From NCBI GenBank assembly GCA_035289485.1, contig DATDXA010000012.1:1-10966 (forward strand): a stretch of DNA of 10,966 nt. The letters are read 5' to 3'. The stretch's first letter is position 1. Each line of letters starts with the position of its first letter. The translations under genes were made by a program, and so were the position numbers. Source of the stretch: an archaeon. GTDB taxonomy: Archaea > Iainarchaeota > Iainarchaeia > Iainarchaeales > Iainarchaeaceae. This document shows, in pieces, positions 7,159 to 10,966 of the stretch. Under the pieces are notes generated by a model, which saw only the letters and a list, made by a program, of their open reading frames with translations, searched no databases and was not told the origin of the DNA.

Positions 7159-8551
7159 TTACAAGAAGCAGCAGTATAATCGTTAGCAGCGCGCGCTCTA
7201 TTATTCTCTGCGTTTCTTCCTTTGGCTTTTTGAGGAAATTAAAATATGGCGAGAGCACGATTTTGCCAATTCTCCCGCCGTCGAACGGGTTCATCGGCAG
7301 GAAATTAATTGACGCCACAAGGAAATTCAATAGGAAGAGCCAGTAAATGAAGTCAGTGAAGGTATTCACTACCGTAAAATAGGCGCCAAATGACTCAGGG
7401 ACAGCATAATTTTCATTTCTTATGCCTTCCGGTCGGAAACCGAACTGGCCCATCACATTCGGGCTAAGAGTAAGCGTAACCATTTCCGTGCCGCGCTCAA
7501 GAACGAATGTTTTTTGCGCAAGCCTGTCCTTTTGGAGCTGCGCAAACAAATCACCCATGTTCTTTATTTCAACTCCGTTCACGGATTTTATGATGTCGCC
7601 CTCCTGCATATTCCCAAAAGCGCTTGAGGGATAAGTTTCCCCGCAAAATGCCGTGTTTTCGAGTACGCCGGAAACTTTCACTCCAGAAACAAGGTTCTGC
7701 TGAAGGCCAGGATACAAGTGGTCGGTAAGAGGCCCGACTGCAACAAGAGAACCTAGAAGTATTAGGCCTGCAACGCCCATGAGGAAAATATTTGCCATAG
7801 GGCCTGCCGCAAGAAAGCGCAGGGTTTTTTCATCATCCGCTTTCTTTAGCTCTTTTTCATCCGGCTCGACAAATGCACCGATAGGAACCGGGCCAAAGAG
7901 CAGAACTCCTGTTGATTTTATCTTGAAGCCAAAGCGCCTGCCCACAATTCCGTGCATCCCTTCGTGCGAAAGAAGAATTATTAGAAGCGAAAGCCATGCG
8001 TGCAGCGGCGGAGTTATAGGAACGCCCGGAATTTGAACACCCGGAATTAGCGGAGCAACTCCTGGGCAGCCCTTGATGCCTAGCAAATATTTTGAAATAA
8101 TATCTCCTGCCTGAACGAAAAGCGAGAAGAGTGTAAACCCAGCAAGCCCGGAAAATCCAAACACCGCAACAAGCAAAGGGAATGTTGGCCCTATGAGAAC
8201 GCTGCTAGAAAGCCCCTTATTGAGGATAAATGAATCAAATCCTACCAAAAGAGCGGCAAGGAAGAGAAAAGAGCCCGCGAAAAGCAATGCGCGCTTTGTG
8301 CCCTTGAGCTTTCTGCCATAAACAAAATCCATTGCAATTGCGCCAAACCCCAAAAAGAGGCCGATTGTTGTGAAAGTGTCAAGGAAGCCCTTGTGCTTTG
8401 ACATTTTGTCGAAAAAACCAAGCGGCTTTTGGGTTTTTATAAGAGAAATTAAAAAATAGGTGTCGCTTTTTGTGAACTTTTTTATAAGAAAAGTCACTAT
8501 TGCGCAAATAGCGAGGAAAATGAGGGCAATTGCAGCGAGTGAGAGTTCCAT
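7133..8551 (-). CDS. Site-2 protease (peptidase M50) with PDZ-like insert
   Basis: HEGMH zinc motif, GAFVEP, AAGPMAN, NFLPMNPFDGG third-ligand motif, PDZ-like MQEGDIIKSVNG, multiple TM segments. Confidence 0.95.
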   Translation of the reverse strand: MELSLAAIALIFLAICAIVTFLIKKFTKSDTYFLISLIKTQKPLGFFDKMSKHKGFLDTFTTIGLFLGFGAIAMDFVYGRKLKGTKRALLFAGSFLFLAALLVGFDSFILNKGLSSSVLIGPTFPLLVAVFGFSGLAGFTLFSLFVQAGDIISKYLLGIKGCPGVAPLIPGVQIPGVPITPPLHAWLSLLIILLSHEGMHGIVGRRFGFKIKSTGVLLFGPVPIGAFVEPDEKELKKADDEKTLRFLAAGPMANIFLMGVAGLILLGSLVAVGPLTDHLYPGLQQNLVSGVKVSGVLENTAFCGETYPSSAFGNMQEGDIIKSVNGVEIKNMGDLFAQLQKDRLAQKTFVLERGTEMVTLTLSPNVMGQFGFRPEGIRNENYAVPESFGAYFTVVNTFTDFIYWLFLLNFLVASINFLPMNPFDGGRIGKIVLSPYFNFLKKPKEETQRIIERALLTIILLLLVINALPLFF

Positions 8552-8649
8552 TCAAATCAGCCAAATTGGTACATTGTTAAAAAATCAACGCTGGGTTTGG
8601 TTTAAAATAGTTGTTCTTACCAAAGTAGTATTGCTAAAGAAGGGTTTTT

Positions 8650-9837
8650 ATGCCGGAAGCTAACGAAACGAAAAGGCCTGGAACGTACGATGTCTACGAT
8701 TATGTGTTTTCAATAGAAGAGCAGCTCCGAAGCTTGCAAACAGAAAAGCAAATAACTTCCGCGCGCCTCACGCAAATACAGCTAGAGCTTGAGAGAACGA
8801 AGCGCGAAATAAATGAACTCAAAATGCCTCCGCTAATTGTTGGAACGATTCATGAAGTTCTCCCTGATGGAAGCGTCATTGTAAAGCACAGCAATGGAAT
8901 GGAGTTTTTGGTAAAGCCGATGGTCGGTTTGGAGAGCGAACTCGAATCCGGAAAAAGGGTCGCAATGAACCAGCGAAGCCTTGTGATTACAAATGTTTTC
9001 CCCGAGAACAAGGACTGGCGTGTCAGCGCAATGGAAGTTATTGAAAAGCCAAAAGTTACGTTTGAGCAGATTGGCGGGCTTGAAAAGGAAATAGTTGAGC
9101 TTGAAGAGGCGGTGATATTGCCGCTCACGCAGCCCGAATCTTTTGAAAGGCTTGGAATTGATCCTCCGAATGGAGTGCTCCTGCATGGAATGCCGGGAAC
9201 CGGAAAAACGCTGCTTGCAAAGGCGGTTGCGAATAAAACCAATTCAACTTTCATCTCGCTTTCGGGAGCGGAACTTGTGCGCAAATATATTGGTGAGGGC
9301 GCAAAGCTTGTCCGCGATTTGTTCAAGATGGCAAAAGAGAAAAAGCCCGCGATAATTTTCATTGACGAAATTGACGCGGTGGGTTCGCACAGGTTCGCGA
9401 CAGCTAACGGGGACCGCGAAGTGCAGAGAACCCTTATGCAGCTGCTCGCGGAGATGGACGGGTTCAATGAGGTGAAGGGGGTTAAGGTAATTGCCGCAAC
9501 TAACAGGCTTGATATGCTTGATAATGCGCTTCTGCGCCCGGGGCGGTTTGACCGGATTATTGAAGTGCGGCTCCCTTCAAAGGAAGCGAGAAAGAAAATA
9601 TTTGAGATTCACGCCGCGAGAATGTCAATGGACAAGGCAATTGATTTAAATGAGCTTGCGGATTTGACAGAAGGCTTCACCGGTGCGGATATAAAGAACG
9701 CTTGCACGGAAGCGGGAATGATGGCGATGCGAAAGAGCAAGAAGAAGATTGATTTCAAGGATTTCAACGAGGCCATTCAGAAAACTACAAAGCAGCCGGT
9801 TGATATGGATAAGTCGAATGAACGGATGTTCGCCTGA
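8650..9837 (+). CDS. pan: Proteasome-activating nucleotidase (AAA+ ATPase)
   Basis: N-terminal coiled coil then PPLIVG OB domain, Walker A GMPGTGKT, pore loop KYIGEG, Walker B IIFIDEID, DREVQRT, SRH ALLRPGRFDR, C-terminus MFA. Confidence 0.96.
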   Translation: MPEANETKRPGTYDVYDYVFSIEEQLRSLQTEKQITSARLTQIQLELERTKREINELKMPPLIVGTIHEVLPDGSVIVKHSNGMEFLVKPMVGLESELESGKRVAMNQRSLVITNVFPENKDWRVSAMEVIEKPKVTFEQIGGLEKEIVELEEAVILPLTQPESFERLGIDPPNGVLLHGMPGTGKTLLAKAVANKTNSTFISLSGAELVRKYIGEGAKLVRDLFKMAKEKKPAIIFIDEIDAVGSHRFATANGDREVQRTLMQLLAEMDGFNEVKGVKVIAATNRLDMLDNALLRPGRFDRIIEVRLPSKEARKKIFEIHAARMSMDKAIDLNELADLTEGFTGADIKNACTEAGMMAMRKSKKKIDFKDFNEAIQKTTKQPVDMDKSNERMFA

Positions 9838-9841
9838 TTTT

Positions 9842-10183
9842 TTATAATTGGCGCTGTGCAATTTCCCTGATTTTTTTGGCGCGCCTGTGTATTTGCCTTG
9901 CGATGTTTGAGGACAGTTCCGCCCCATAATCCGCCTGTCCCTTGTGGGCCATCAGGAATTCATACGCATCACGGTATTCTGAAAGGTCAGTGCCCAGAAA
10001 ATCGGCAAGTTCACGGAAATATGTTGTGTCGGAGTGCGCCTTGTGGCTTGGTATTCGGCTTAGGAATTTCTGGCATATTGCATTGTGGTAGTTGATTGCG
10101 GCATTGATGAAAAGGTGGGCTGCTGTGTGAAATTTTTCTTCACTAAGCTGTTCTTCTGCCGTTTGAAAGCGCTCACTTGCCAA
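9842..10183 (-). CDS. HEPN-domain protein, putative toxin of an MNT-HEPN pair (start uncertain, possibly 10210)
   Basis: About 113-122 aa, all helical; ASERFQTAEEQL N-terminal helix, SHKAH, and KGQADY at the Rx4-6(H/Y) motif position; directly downstream of an MNT gene. Confidence 0.8.
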   Translation of the reverse strand: MASERFQTAEEQLSEEKFHTAAHLFINAAINYHNAICQKFLSRIPSHKAHSDTTYFRELADFLGTDLSEYRDAYEFLMAHKGQADYGAELSSNIARQIHRRAKKIREIAQRQL

Positions 10184-10184
10184 A

Positions 10185-10802
10185 TCAAGGTGCTGTTTGT
10201 AGGTGCTTAAGCCAGTCGCCCCCTTTCAGTATCTTCCCTTCATTGAATATATTAAGGATAAATTTGTCCTTTTCCCTCAGCCTGCTTTTAATCTCATTTT
10301 TATCGAGCAATGTGGGGGAGAGGCGCACGCCGATTCTTTCAGATGACTTCACAAACCCTTCCACAATCTGTTCAGTGAGGGGAGTGTTTTTGTTTTCAAT
10401 GGCGACAAGCACGTCAAGGTCGGAAGCGGCAGAATATCCCCCCCTTGCCCGTGAGCCGAATACAACAACCGCCCTGATTTTGGAATCCTTCAAAACAGGC
10501 ATCGATTTCAGCTCTTCCATTAAAGGTCTTTGGAAATCCATTGTTTTTTCTGAAATTCTTTTCAATTCCGGCAGCAGGTAAAACTTCGGATTGAGGGAGA
10601 CAAGCTTGTTTCTGCCCTGCAATCTGGACAAAACAAGGCCGTCACGCTCCCACCCGGTTATGATTGCGGAAACCGATGCCTTGGGCAAATCCGCAAGGCG
10701 GCCCATTTCAGAAACCGAAAAAACGGAGCCGGGCCTTTCAAGCAGCCTGGCAAGAAGCCTTGATTTTGATTCCGAATCGACCAGTTTTCTTAGGATTTCC
10801 AT
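10185..10802 (-). CDS. wHTH-fused minimal nucleotidyltransferase (MNT antitoxin)
   Basis: N-terminal HTH (SVSEMGRLADLPKASVSAIITGWERDGLV...GRNKLV) plus Pol-beta NTase motif VFGSRARG...SDLDVLV (GSx10DxD); GTGA SD-like site upstream. Confidence 0.9.
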   Translation of the reverse strand: MEILRKLVDSESKSRLLARLLERPGSVFSVSEMGRLADLPKASVSAIITGWERDGLVLSRLQGRNKLVSLNPKFYLLPELKRISEKTMDFQRPLMEELKSMPVLKDSKIRAVVVFGSRARGGYSAASDLDVLVAIENKNTPLTEQIVEGFVKSSERIGVRLSPTLLDKNEIKSRLREKDKFILNIFNEGKILKGGDWLKHLQTAP

Positions 10803-10810
10803 AATATCAC

Positions 10811-10858
10811 TGTTCAGCCAAGCCGAACATATGTTCGTTAACAGCGAACAGTTTAAAA
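10811..10858 (-). promoter_or_regulatory. Promoter/operator of the MNT-HEPN operon: two TGTTC-N9-GAACA sites plus TATA box
   Basis: TGTTC-agccaagcc-GAACA (10811-10829), TGTTC-gttaacagc-GAACA (10832-10850), TTTTAAAC on the minus strand at 10851-10858. Confidence 0.7.
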
Positions 10859-10966
10859 GGCGTGCGGCGGCAGAAATTGGGAATAAGCCGATAGAAAATG
10901 TTGCGGGGTTAAACTAAACAACTTTTGTTTTTGGCATTACTTCTTGCCTTCGCCGTAAAAGATGAT

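Noticed and set aside
8833..9467. Minus-strand ORFs within pan
   Set aside because: Antisense shadows of the AAA+ gene
10937..10966. Possible 3' end of a minus-strand gene (...IIFYGEGKK-stop)
   Set aside because: Only 10 codons visible; cannot be supported from this window

Overview
Archaeal chromosomal region, probably a DPANN-type lineage (inferred from PAN, FtsZ2, a TrmB-like regulator, TATA boxes, GGTGA-like Shine-Dalgarno sites and single orphan ORFs between core genes). Gene order: 5' part of a DEAD-box helicase missed by the ORF track (motif II reads DETD), SDR oxidoreductase, TrmB-like regulator, tRNA-Asn(GTT), polytopic membrane protein, orphan ORF, SRP RNA (minus strand), small orphan, ftsZ2 with hairpin terminator, TraB/GumN-like low-GC ORF, S2P/M50 protease with PDZ-like insert, PAN ATPase, and a wHTH-MNT/HEPN toxin-antitoxin pair. 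The most notable observations are (1) a 274-nt SRP RNA with an Alu domain but apparently no helix 6, (2) tandem TGTTC-N9-GAACA operators in front of the MNT-HEPN operon, and (3) an ambiguous or non-canonical start for the HEPN gene. All calls were made by eye; no searches or folding programs were run.
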